DNA from: a virus
Lineage: Duplodnaviria; Caudoviricetes
Reading direction: 5' to 3' (one strand)
Length of the DNA stretch: 55,923 nucleotides
Virus record (IMG/VR): IMGVR_UViG_3300035050_000030
Location: 1 to 55,923 of that record
Every line of letters starts with the position of its first letter. Position 1 is the stretch's first letter. A program made the position numbers and the translations under genes. The notes beneath the pieces are model-generated. The model ran no database searches. It saw only the letters and a program-made list of their open reading frames with translations, and had not been told where the DNA came from. Of this stretch, positions 46,343-55,368 are shown piece after piece.

Positions 46343-47011
46343 AGACACCGTTATAAGCCTTTTTGATCTGACCGGGAAGATGGTTGAGCCTTGGCTGGAA
46401 GCTGGTTTTGAGTGCTGGATCGTAGATACACAACATCCGGTGGCATACGAAAGCGGGGGAGTTACGAGCGAAGGTCGGCTGCATAAGGTTCATGCAGACC
46501 TGAGCCGTCCATGGCTTTGCCCTGTTGAGCGCAGAAGGATCGCTTTTGTTTCAGCGTTTCCGCCCTGCACACATCTGGCAGTAAGTGGGGCAAGGTGGTT
46601 CAAGGGTAAGGGGCTGCGCCGCTTGGCATCGAGTATAGAAATGTTTGCAACTGCAGCTGAGTTTGCAGAGTGGAGCGGCGCACCGTACTTGATAGAAAAT
46701 CCGGTGAGTAACATTGCGAGCCATTGGCGAAAGCCGGATCACACGTTCAGTCCACACCACTTTACCGGGTACAGACCGGAGGATAATTACACTAAAAAAA
46801 CATGCCTGTGGACCGGGGGGGCTTTGCGATGCCTGCAGCGTTTCAACTTGAAGGGGCGGACAGGCCGGACGACAGGATACACAAGTGTCCGCCTGGCCCG
46901 GAGAGGCACAATATCCGGAGCGCTACCCCGCTCGGATTTGCTAAAGCGGTTTTTGAAAGCAACTACAAGGATATGAGTGATGAACTTCAAGCAAAAAAAA
47001 TGGCGCAATAA
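46335..47011 (+). pseudogene. C5-cytosine methyltransferase-like gene split by a frameshift in a G7 tract
   Basis: AFPPCTHLAVSG, IENPV, YTKKTCLWTGG; continues in another frame as FAMP...RSATPLGFAKAVFESN. Confidence 0.8.
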
Positions 47012-47267
47012 AAAATACCTGGCCTTCGTGCGTTCCCTTCCATGTGCAATCTGCGGCAGACCGTCCGACCACGCACACCACATTATAGGTATAGGCGGTA
47101 TGGGCGGCATGGGAACCAAAGCCCCGGATAGCATGACAATGCCCCTTTGTGCAGCTCACCACCTTGCTATGCACAACAGTGATTACCCCTGGAGCGACCA
47201 GTGGGAGTATATAGCCCGAACCCTGGGCAGGGCGATAGATGAGGGGGTGCTGGATGTTAAAAACTGA
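46980..47267 (+). CDS. DUF968-like HNH/Zn protein
   Basis: YLAFVRSLPCAICG, AHH and PLCAAHH motifs. Confidence 0.8.
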   Translation: MNFKQKKWRNKKYLAFVRSLPCAICGRPSDHAHHIIGIGGMGGMGTKAPDSMTMPLCAAHHLAMHNSDYPWSDQWEYIARTLGRAIDEGVLDVKN

Positions 47268-47383
47268 GGTAGACCCCAAATATTGCAAAGAGTTCTGCTG
47301 CGCCGGGCGGTTTATTGAGAAACGCGGATGTGCGGCAAGCGGAGGTGAGGAATGTCCGAACAAGAGTGCAAGGAGGAAAAGGC

Positions 47384-47662
47384 ATGGCGGATAAAGCATG
47401 GAAGAAGTTTGAAAGACTAGCAGCGTCGTATTTCGGCGGTAAGCGTTGCCCTGTCCTGGGTGATGATACCAAAGCCGATGTCAACCACGAGACGCTATAT
47501 ATAGAGTGCAAGAAGCGCAAAAAGCACAGCGTTGTCACATTGTGGGATTCGGTCAAGGTACGTGCCAAGAAGGAAAACAAGACGCCGGTGGTGTGTCTGT
47601 CGGAGAATGGCAGGCCGGGTTTCTGGATTGTGGTTCATTCAGATGATTTAACAAAACTGTGA
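47384..47662 (+). CDS. PD-(D/E)xK nuclease, possible Holliday junction resolvase
   Basis: WKKFER, ADV and YIECK motifs. Confidence 0.7.
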   Translation: MADKAWKKFERLAASYFGGKRCPVLGDDTKADVNHETLYIECKKRKKHSVVTLWDSVKVRAKKENKTPVVCLSENGRPGFWIVVHSDDLTKL

Positions 47663-48474
47663 ATGATTGCAAGGAAAACAGAGGTGCGACATTGATACAG
47701 ATAAATAATTGGTCGTCATTTCAATCATACAAAGACAGGAAGCCGCCCTGGATCAGATTCCATAAGTCTCTGCTGGATAATTTCGAGTACCAGTGTATGA
47801 GCGCAGAGGCGAGGGCGCTACTTCCGATGCTGTGGTTGCTTGCAAGCGAAGATGAAGATCCTACATCCGGTTTGATCCGTGACGGATTGGACAAAATAGC
47901 CTTCAGGCTTAGGTTGTCGCGACAAGTTGTCGAGGATGGGGTCGCCGAATGTGAGGCAAACGGATTTATTGAGCAAAAACAGTCATGTAACGAATCCGTA
48001 ACGGGAGCGTTACAAAACCGTATCTCAACCGTAACCCCAGAGACAGAGACAGAGACAGAGACAGAGAAGAACACTCCCGACAACTCTGCCGAGCAGTCGG
48101 ATGTGTGGTCAGATAATTTCGATGAATCAATCGTCGAGTTTGTGCGTTCATTCCAGGAGCACGTCAAACAGGAGATGGATAAACGCGCACCAGCGATAAC
48201 GGAAACTCTGATTAAAAGCGGAACCGAAACCGTGGACAAGCTGATCCGCATTGACGGTCACACCCTGGATGATGTCAAGGACGTGCTCCGGTGGGCGGTA
48301 AAAGACGACTTCTGGCAGCGCAACGTTCTGTCTATCGCTTCGCTGAGGAAGAAGTCTGACGGCCTGACCAAATTCCAGAAGATACTGGCGGCAAAGGAGG
48401 ATTCTGCCAGACCGCGATCCGGCGGCAGAGTGCCACGAGATAATAACGTCTTTCAAGACTACGAGTGTGTGTGA
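47659..48474 (+). CDS. Replication initiator (O-like)
   Basis: NWSSFQSYKDRKPPWI, ETETET linker, WAVKDDFWQRNVLS; precedes DnaB. Confidence 0.8.
   Translation: MNDCKENRGATLIQINNWSSFQSYKDRKPPWIRFHKSLLDNFEYQCMSAEARALLPMLWLLASEDEDPTSGLIRDGLDKIAFRLRLSRQVVEDGVAECEANGFIEQKQSCNESVTGALQNRISTVTPETETETETEKNTPDNSAEQSDVWSDNFDESIVEFVRSFQEHVKQEMDKRAPAITETLIKSGTETVDKLIRIDGHTLDDVKDVLRWAVKDDFWQRNVLSIASLRKKSDGLTKFQKILAAKEDSARPRSGGRVPRDNNVFQDYECV
47986..48067 (+). repeat. Putative origin: GTAAC iterons plus (CAGAGA)x5
   Basis: TGTAACG, CGTAACG, inverted CGTTACA and CCGTAAC, then hexamer tract at 48038-48067. Confidence 0.55.
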
Positions 48475-49766
48475 TGATAAATTTACAAGAGGAGATTGTC
48501 GGAACGTTGTTGACGTTCCCGGAAGAGATACACAACGTGCTCGATATTCTATCGCCAGAGGAATTTACCGGCCAGTATCGGCAAGTTGTGGAGGAAATGA
48601 CAAAATCCGAAAGCGCGGATGTTGTCAGCATATCGGCTACAACAGGAGTCCCGGCCTCGAACCTGGCGAATTGGATGGAGGGGCACGGATCACGTTATCA
48701 CCTGCGCAAATACTGCGAACAGCTGCGGGACCGGAACACCAGGCAGCGCATAGCGCGTATCGCTTCCGATCTGGTGGGTATGGCGGAAGAATCGACAGCC
48801 GAGCAGATGATTGAGTTTGCGGAAAGCTCGTTGCTGGAGGTCGCACCGAAGGGGAAGAGCGAACCCCGGCAGGTAGGGGACGCGTTGGCGGAAGTCTTTG
48901 CCGGACTTGAAGAACGCTACAAGAACCGGGGGCGCGTTGTCGGTATCACAACCGGGATCGCGGGACTGGACAGAGCCACAAACGGCCTGCAGGTGGGGAA
49001 ACTCTACGCTATCGCCGGTAGACCGGGGATGGGTAAGACCGCTATAGCAATCAACCTGGCGATGGCAGCGGCGAAGAACGCGGGGCAGGTGCTGTTTTTC
49101 TCCATGGAAATGCTGATCCACGAGCTGATAGAGCGCATGATTGCCGCTGAGGGTGGGGTGAAATACTCCGCCCTGGCAAGCGGGAACATGAAGGATTCTG
49201 ATTGGTCGCGAATGACTACCGCGGCAACGGGGCTGCAGGATTTGCAGTTTGCCGTGGACGATACCAGTTCGGTGTCTATCCAGCATATCAAGACCCAGGC
49301 GCGGCAGATGCAGGTCAGGAGAGGCCTGAAGATGGTGGTGGTTGACTACCTCACGCTTATGGACATGCCGGACGGACCGCAACGCTCGGCGGTGGTGGGC
49401 ACGGTAACGCGGGGACTCAAGCGATTGGCAAAAGACTTAGGCATACCCGTGGTGATCCTGTGCCAGCTATCGCGAAAAGTGGATGAGCGCACCGATAAAC
49501 GCCCGATAATGTCAGACTTGAGGGATTCCGGGGAGATAGAGCAGGATTGCGATGTGATTATGTTTCCCTTCAGGGAGTGCGAGTATTGCCAGCAGTGCCG
49601 AAACTTTGAGGATAATGCAACCCACAACCTGGAGAAACACCAGCGCAAGGCGGAGATCATCATCGGAAAGAACCGGGGTGGTCAGAGGAATGTGTCGATC
49701 CCGTGCGAGTTCCATGGCGAACATCAACGCTTTGTGGACGCGAACCGGGAGGATTGGGAATGGTAG
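48465..49766 (+). CDS. dnaB: Replicative DNA helicase
   Basis: GRPGMGKT, FSMEM, VVDYL, CQLSR and SDLRDSGEIEQD motifs. Confidence 0.95.
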   Translation: MCVMINLQEEIVGTLLTFPEEIHNVLDILSPEEFTGQYRQVVEEMTKSESADVVSISATTGVPASNLANWMEGHGSRYHLRKYCEQLRDRNTRQRIARIASDLVGMAEESTAEQMIEFAESSLLEVAPKGKSEPRQVGDALAEVFAGLEERYKNRGRVVGITTGIAGLDRATNGLQVGKLYAIAGRPGMGKTAIAINLAMAAAKNAGQVLFFSMEMLIHELIERMIAAEGGVKYSALASGNMKDSDWSRMTTAATGLQDLQFAVDDTSSVSIQHIKTQARQMQVRRGLKMVVVDYLTLMDMPDGPQRSAVVGTVTRGLKRLAKDLGIPVVILCQLSRKVDERTDKRPIMSDLRDSGEIEQDCDVIMFPFRECEYCQQCRNFEDNATHNLEKHQRKAEIIIGKNRGGQRNVSIPCEFHGEHQRFVDANREDWEW

Positions 49767-49972
49767 AGGTCAGGCACAGGGATGGATACCTGGAGTTCTG
49801 GCTGGATGATGTGCTGCTGACGGACTACGCCCTGGACGACATCAACGCGAACATCGACGAATGGTTGCGCCACATGAGGGCTAAAAACTGGTTCGACAAG
49901 AAAGTGGAGGTGCAGGCTATCTCCAGATTTGTTGCTGTGGCTCCATTTTGCTACCCACAATCGAAAAACTAA
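49760..49972 (+). CDS. Hypothetical protein
   Basis: GGAGG RBS; WLRHMRAKNW. Confidence 0.55.
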   Translation: MVEVRHRDGYLEFWLDDVLLTDYALDDINANIDEWLRHMRAKNWFDKKVEVQAISRFVAVAPFCYPQSKN

Positions 49973-50001
49973 GTCCTGGATATACGTTGGCATAGGTAAG
50001 C

Positions 50002-50352
50002 ATGAGAAAGTGGCTCAGAATGGAAATCAGGATGTGGAAAAGAACTCAGGCCGGGATCGTGCCGGTGGAGGTTGAGGATATGCGAGACTTGGAAACGCTG
50101 GTCGAGATGATGCGCGACTCTGACGGGATCGTGCAAGTAAAGCGCGGCGAGCATGTAGCGTACCGGGTGTTTTCGCAACGTGGATACCATGAAGCAATGC
50201 GCAAGGGTGACGGCGGCGTGAGCATCATAGACGAACGAAAGTTTGAAGCATTTTTATCAGATTATCTTAACGAGGAACACGCGCAAGCGATGGAAATGTT
50301 GGCGAGAGAATTGCCGGAATTTAATATTTTAACAGGACTGGAGGTTGAGTGA
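50002..50352 (+). CDS. Hypothetical protein
   Basis: Co-oriented ORF; start uncertain. Confidence 0.5.
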   Translation: MRKWLRMEIRMWKRTQAGIVPVEVEDMRDLETLVEMMRDSDGIVQVKRGEHVAYRVFSQRGYHEAMRKGDGGVSIIDERKFEAFLSDYLNEEHAQAMEMLARELPEFNILTGLEVE

Positions 50353-50600
50353 TGCGGATAGCAGATAAGTGTACTAGATGCGGAGCAGAGTTTACCAAGA
50401 GCTCGCTTATAGCGCGTAAGGCGCTGGAAGGAGAATAGCATGTGTCCTATATGTGGATCAGAATTGATACAGATGGATTGGGTGGTTCATAAGAGTGGTA
50501 GAGTGTGGCGCGGGTGGCTGTGTAGCAACCGGAGCTGTGGTTACGACAGCGCAGAATATGTTGGTAAATTGCCTGAACAAAACCGAATAAAGAAGGGGGA

Positions 50601-51974
50601 ATGATAATGGAGTATGAAGAGTTCATACGCTCGAAAAGCATAAAATTTAGCCCGCAAGGGATAAAGGCGGGCGAGTTATGCGGGGAGATGTTCGACTTTC
50701 AACGCGACATAACCAGATGGGCGCTGAAGATTGGACGCGCTGCAATTTTTGCGGATTGCGGCATGGGTAAAACACTGATGCAGTTAGCATGGGCTGACCA
50801 GGTTGTAAAACAGACCGGCGGCAACGTCCTGATACTTACGCCATTAGCAGTTGCAGAGCAGACCGTGCGCGAGGGGGAGAAGTTCGGTATTCAAGTAAGA
50901 TACACCCGCGAACAATCAGACGTACAGCCAGGGATTACAATCACCAACTATGAAATACTTGATAAGTTCGATGCTGATTATTTTAGCGGTGTCGTGCTTG
51001 ATGAGAGTTCCATTCTAAAATCCTTTACGGGTAAGATTCGCAACAGTCTAATCGAAAAATTCAGACAAACAAAATACAAACTGTGTTGCACCGCCACTCC
51101 CGCACCTAATGACCATATGGAACTCGGCAACCATAGCGAGTTTTTAGGCGTGATGTCACGCGTGGAAATGTTATCTATGTTCTTTGTACACGATGGCGGA
51201 GATACGGCGAAATGGCGGCTGAAAGGACACGCAGAGGAACCGTTCTGGAAGTGGCTGTGCTCATGGGCTGTCAATATCCGCAAGCCCTCAGATCTTGGAT
51301 ATAGTGATGAAGGATTCGACCTGCCGAAACTGATATACCATCACCACGTTATCAAAAAAGAATCCGCGCCGGAGGGTTTTCTATTTCCAGTTGAAGCCCT
51401 CACGCTCACGGAACGCCAACAGGAACGCAAAAACACTATTGATGACCGCGTAAAGAAATGCGCTGAGATTGTCAATGCTGAAGATGATCCGTTCCTCGTG
51501 TGGTGCAACCTAAACGATGAGAGTTCAAAAGCCTGCAAAGCCATAGAAAATAGCATTGAAGTTACCGGGTCAGATAAGCCGGACGTCAAAAAAGAGCGCA
51601 TGATAGGATTTACAGATGGCAAATACAACCGGCTTATAAGTAAGCCCAAAATAGCTGGATTCGGCATGAACTGGCAACATTGCAGCAATATCGCTTTCCT
51701 CGGACTATCTGACAGTTATGAGCAGTTTTATCAAGCCGTGCGCCGATGCTGGAGATTCGGGCAAAAAAGGAATGTGCATGTGCATATCATAACCGCAGAG
51801 ACAGAGGGGGCTGTAGTTGAGAATATAAAGCGCAAGGAAAGAGACGCAAAAAAAATGGCCGACAGCATGATTGAACATATGGCAGACATAAACCGCGAGA
51901 ACATAAAAGAAACCGCTGCAATCAAGACAGAATACAATGCAAATCAAAAGATGGAGGTTCCAAAATGGATGTAA
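50601..51974 (+). CDS. SNF2-like SF2 helicase
   Basis: DCGMGKT, LDESS, TATPAPN, GFGMNWQ and RRCWRFGQ motifs. Confidence 0.92.
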   Translation: MIMEYEEFIRSKSIKFSPQGIKAGELCGEMFDFQRDITRWALKIGRAAIFADCGMGKTLMQLAWADQVVKQTGGNVLILTPLAVAEQTVREGEKFGIQVRYTREQSDVQPGITITNYEILDKFDADYFSGVVLDESSILKSFTGKIRNSLIEKFRQTKYKLCCTATPAPNDHMELGNHSEFLGVMSRVEMLSMFFVHDGGDTAKWRLKGHAEEPFWKWLCSWAVNIRKPSDLGYSDEGFDLPKLIYHHHVIKKESAPEGFLFPVEALTLTERQQERKNTIDDRVKKCAEIVNAEDDPFLVWCNLNDESSKACKAIENSIEVTGSDKPDVKKERMIGFTDGKYNRLISKPKIAGFGMNWQHCSNIAFLGLSDSYEQFYQAVRRCWRFGQKRNVHVHIITAETEGAVVENIKRKERDAKKMADSMIEHMADINRENIKETAAIKTEYNANQKMEVPKWM

Positions 51975-52882
51975 TCAATCAGGAAATAACCGAACAATAC
52001 GCCGCATATCACGGGGACTGCTGCGAAGTGATGAAGGGAATCCCCGATCACAGTGTGCATTTTTCCATTTATTCTCCCCCTTTTTCGTCGCTGTATACGT
52101 ACAGTAATAGCGATAGGGATATGGGTAATAGTAAAAACTATGATGAGTTTTTCACTCAATACAGATTCCTAGTAAAAGAGCACTACAGAACAATGATGCC
52201 TGGCAGGATAGTAGCCGTACACTGCATGAACATCCCCCTTATGAAAGAGCGAGATGGATACATCGGCATTAAAGACTTTCGCGGAGATATTATCAGGCTT
52301 TTTGAATCAGAGGGTTTTATCCTGCATTCTGAGCATGTGATTTGGAAAGATCCCCTTGTAGAAGCAACTCGGACAAAAGCCCTCGGCTTGATGCACAAGC
52401 AACTATGCAAAGATTCCTCAATGAGCCGCGCCGGCCTGCCTGATTATCTTCTGGGGTTCCGCAAGCCTGGCGACAACCCTGAGAGAGTAGAACACCCGAA
52501 AGGACTTGAAACATTCGCAGGCGAAGACCCCCCAAAGACCGGCAACCGCTCGCATGAATATTGGAGGCGCTACGCATCCCCGGTGTGGATGGATATAAAT
52601 CAATCCAACACGCTGCAAAAAGCATCCGCGCGGGATGAAAAAGACGAGCGCCACATATGCCCGTTGCAACTTGACGTTATTGAGAGAGCTATACAGTTGT
52701 GGACAAACGAGGGAGATACAGTCCTAACACCGTTCGGAGGCATTGGCTCAGAGGGATATGTGGCCGTCAAGATGAAGCGCAGAGCCGTGTTGATTGAGCT
52801 AAAAGAGAGTTACTTCGGCCAGCTTATCAAAAATATGCGCGAAGCCGCTCGGAACGCAGGCCACCAGAAAGGGCTTTTTTAA
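51965..52882 (+). CDS. N4/N6 DNA methyltransferase (beta class)
   Basis: YSPPF catalytic motif; HICP; TPFGGIGS SAM-binding motif. Confidence 0.92.
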   Translation: MDVINQEITEQYAAYHGDCCEVMKGIPDHSVHFSIYSPPFSSLYTYSNSDRDMGNSKNYDEFFTQYRFLVKEHYRTMMPGRIVAVHCMNIPLMKERDGYIGIKDFRGDIIRLFESEGFILHSEHVIWKDPLVEATRTKALGLMHKQLCKDSSMSRAGLPDYLLGFRKPGDNPERVEHPKGLETFAGEDPPKTGNRSHEYWRRYASPVWMDINQSNTLQKASARDEKDERHICPLQLDVIERAIQLWTNEGDTVLTPFGGIGSEGYVAVKMKRRAVLIELKESYFGQLIKNMREAARNAGHQKGLF

Positions 52883-53011
52883 CCGAAAAAAATATATTAT
52901 CCCCTTGAAGATGATGATCAGGAAATACTTGAAGAAATACACGACTTCATAATTAACAACGCATAAACACACACCGCCCCTGCCCCGGCAGGGGCTTAGA
53001 AGGAGCCACAC

Positions 53012-53431
53012 ATGGACAAACGCGCAACAATATATCAAGAACCCCACACCCGCCAACTGCTGAACGTGGGAGAAAACCGATCAGCCCGTGCTAACGGGAT
53101 TTTCTCGCGCTACATCGAGATCATCCGCAAGCACGTGCCTATGCTAGGCATTGACGAGTGGTGGTGCATCATCCAGTGCAACCGCGATCTTGACGATACC
53201 GCCGACGTTACCCGCCAGGTGTACCGCAATCTGCTTGATGCGCCGCCGGAACATGACAACCTGATAAATATCGTTCGCGGTATGGGTTTTCTCGAACGCT
53301 GCGCAGTGGCAGAGATTGCCATGCAGGGGCAAAAGCTGGAGAGCATGGACGAGTTGGAGGGGTATTTTATCCTTTGTTCCGTAAAACCCCGTCGTTCACG
53401 GCGGGGATATAAGGAACGGTTTAGATGTTGA
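53012..53431 (+). CDS. Paralog of 1010..1426, 3' end replaced by IS sequence
   Basis: KRATIY...SAR..GI..RY...P.L...EW; codons after 53370 come from the IS left end. Confidence 0.7.
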   Translation: MDKRATIYQEPHTRQLLNVGENRSARANGIFSRYIEIIRKHVPMLGIDEWWCIIQCNRDLDDTADVTRQVYRNLLDAPPEHDNLINIVRGMGFLERCAVAEIAMQGQKLESMDELEGYFILCSVKPRRSRRGYKERFRC

Positions 53432-53456
53432 CATTTAAACGAAAGAATGGTATCGT
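53428..53456 (+). promoter_or_regulatory. tnpB promoter
   Basis: TTGACA-N17-TATCGT; ATG is 7 nt downstream. Confidence 0.6.
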
Positions 53457-53463
53457 TTAAACC

Positions 53464-54603
53464 ATGGATATTAAGCGAGCTTACAGATATCGGTTTTACC
53501 CTACTCCGGCGCAGGAAGAGATTTTAGCGCAGACGTTCGGCTGTGCTCGCTATGTCTATAACTACATGCTCCGCCTTCGGACGGATGCCTGGTTTGAGCG
53601 GGGAGAGCGCTTTGGATACCACGAGACCTCAGCTTTATTGACCAAGCTCAAACGCCAGGAAGATCACGCTTGGCTCAAAGAAGTTTCGTCCGTACCGGTG
53701 CAGCAGTCCCTGCAACACCTTCAGCGGGCTTTTAATAACTTCTTCGCTAAACGAGCTGGTTACCCATCGTTTAAGACAAAGCATGGGAGGCAGTCCATCA
53801 CCTACGTTGCCAGTGGCTTTTCGTGGGATGGAATAGCGCTGACCCTCGCCAAGATGAAAGAGCCATTGGCGATTCGCTGGTCACGTCCCATCCCCGAGGG
53901 GGCTAAAGTCACCACCTGTACCGTCTCCAAAGACACCGCAGGACGCTACTTCGTATCCCTGCTGTGCGACGATACCGTTACACCCTTGCCGGAAGTCCCC
54001 GGTCAGGTTGGGATTGACCTGGGGCTGACCCACTTCGCCATTCTGTCCACGGGCGAGAAGATCGCCGCCCCAAACACCTTCCGCCGCAACGAAAAGAAGC
54101 TTGCGATGTTGCAGCGCCGCCTGAGCAAAAAGCAAAAAGGATCAAAGAACCGAGCCAAGGCCAAGCAGAAAGTGGCCCGGCTCCATGCGAAAATCGCCGA
54201 TACCCGGCAGGATTTTCTGCATAAGGTCTCCACCCGGCTCATTCGCGAGAACCAAGTGATCGCCGTTGAGACCTTGGCCGTGACCAATATGGTCAAAAAC
54301 CGCCACCTGTCCAAGTCGATATCTGATGCCGGATGGAGTGAATTCATCCGGCAACTCGATTACAAAGCCCGGTGGTACGGACGGACCCTGATCGGGATCG
54401 ACCGGTGGTATCCGTCAAGTAAACGTTGTGCGGACTGCGGCTACATCATGGGCAAAATGCCCCTGTCGTGCCGTCACTGGACGTGCCCTGAGTGCGGAAC
54501 CGTCCATGACCGCGACGTCAACGCCGCCCGCAACATACTGGCCGCAGGACATGCGGTTGCAGCCCTTGGAGAAGCGGTAATCCCGGAGCAGGCGCATGCC
54601 TGA
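53464..54603 (+). CDS. tnpB: RNA-guided endonuclease TnpB
   Basis: AYRYRFYP, GCARYVYN, RuvC residues in GIDLG, AVETL and DRDVNAA; CxxC/CPEC zinc ribbon. Confidence 0.96.
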   Translation: MDIKRAYRYRFYPTPAQEEILAQTFGCARYVYNYMLRLRTDAWFERGERFGYHETSALLTKLKRQEDHAWLKEVSSVPVQQSLQHLQRAFNNFFAKRAGYPSFKTKHGRQSITYVASGFSWDGIALTLAKMKEPLAIRWSRPIPEGAKVTTCTVSKDTAGRYFVSLLCDDTVTPLPEVPGQVGIDLGLTHFAILSTGEKIAAPNTFRRNEKKLAMLQRRLSKKQKGSKNRAKAKQKVARLHAKIADTRQDFLHKVSTRLIRENQVIAVETLAVTNMVKNRHLSKSISDAGWSEFIRQLDYKARWYGRTLIGIDRWYPSSKRCADCGYIMGKMPLSCRHWTCPECGTVHDRDVNAARNILAAGHAVAALGEAVIPEQAHA

Positions 54604-54676
54604 GTCGGCTCGCTTCGATGAATTGGGAATCCCCGTCCTTCAGGGCGGGGAGGATGTCAAGGCTCGCTTCTATGGC
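54560..54676 (+). ncRNA. Omega-RNA 3' scaffold plus guide (5' limit uncertain)
   Basis: Known tnpB architecture; stem GAAGCG/CGCTTC and right-end hairpin; guide would start at 54661. Confidence 0.6.
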
Positions 54677-54678
54677 TC

Positions 54679-54715
54679 AAAAAAAGGGTTCGCAAATTTT
54701 CCTTTGCAAACCCTT
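54679..54715 (-). terminator. Terminator downstream of the tRNA fragment
   Basis: AAGGGTTCGCAAA/TTTGCAAACCCTT with A7 on the plus strand. Confidence 0.75.
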
Positions 54716-54723
54716 GATTTTGT

Positions 54724-54768
54724 TGGTGGAGGCGATGGGGATTGAACCCACGACCTCAGCGTTGCGAA
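54724..54768 (-). other. att core: 3' half of tRNA-Ala(CGC)
   Basis: Minus strand TTCGCAA-CGCTG-AGGTC-GTGGG-TTCAATC-CCCAT-CGCCTCC-ACCA with U70; 5' half absent. Confidence 0.88.
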
Positions 54769-54770
54769 GG

Positions 54771-54971
54771 CTAGGAGCTGAAACTTTTGGTTGGGGGGCT
54801 GACAAACTCAATGACCTTTTCAAGCTGCGTCTTTGTCCACCGATACCCACGGCACCGCCCACGGCCCAAATCCAGCGGTTGTTGGTGTGCTTCGAGCATT
54901 ATCGACCTGGCAACCGGTGGGGTTGTGCGGAGGACGTCTGCTATGTCTTGGGCTGTGAGTAGGGGGGTCAT
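54771..54971 (-). CDS. Excisionase-like HTH protein
   Basis: LLTAQDIADVL...GYRW; stop codon 2 bp from the att core. Confidence 0.6.
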   Translation of the reverse strand: MTPLLTAQDIADVLRTTPPVARSIMLEAHQQPLDLGRGRCRGYRWTKTQLEKVIEFVSPPTKSFSS

Positions 54972-55174
54972 TTTGGCATTCTCACATCTTCTTGGTTCGC
55001 ATATACCACTGCGTTTGTTATCCAGCCTTTCAACTCTGTATGTCGTTTTTCAAACTGTTCCTTGTTGCCATAGTACCAACCATCTCGTTCCCGGTGTTCA
55101 ATATATGCCAATAGCTGTTCAAGGTGTGTTCGACGTAGCCCCTTTAGGCTTAATGATTCAAACGTGACGGCCAT
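54968..55174 (-). CDS. Hypothetical protein
   Basis: ATGA overlap with the xis-like gene; DGWYYGNKEQF. Confidence 0.6.
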   Translation of the reverse strand: MAVTFESLSLKGLRRTHLEQLLAYIEHRERDGWYYGNKEQFEKRHTELKGWITNAVVYANQEDVRMPK

Positions 55175-55368
55175 TTACGCACCCTCCACTATATCACCAA
55201 AAAATGTAACCCATTACCTTAACTCTCGTGCCCGGATCTTCTTTTTCAGCCGTTCAATCTCGGCCTCAAGTTCTGTAATCTTGTTCGCCATGTGTAATAT
55301 AACATTGGAGTATGTGTCTTTGTATTCGATCCGTATCTCTTCCAGCAATTCTTTTTCCATTGTCCCCC

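Larger units (their letters stand above)
53371..54660 (+). mobile_element. Non-autonomous IS200/IS605-family element (tnpB only)
   Basis: TTAT at 53367-53370; left hairpin CCCCGTCG-TTCA-CGGCGGGG; right hairpin CCCCGTCC-TTCA-GGGCGGGG ending TCAA. Confidence 0.85.

Noticed and set aside
53464-54603. Nuclease-dead TldR-type repressor or Cas12f
   Set aside because: All three RuvC acidic residues are present, IS ends are intact and there is no array
54724-54800. Functional tRNA-Ala gene
   Set aside because: D-arm, 5' acceptor strand and 5' anticodon stem are absent; the xis-like ORF occupies that space
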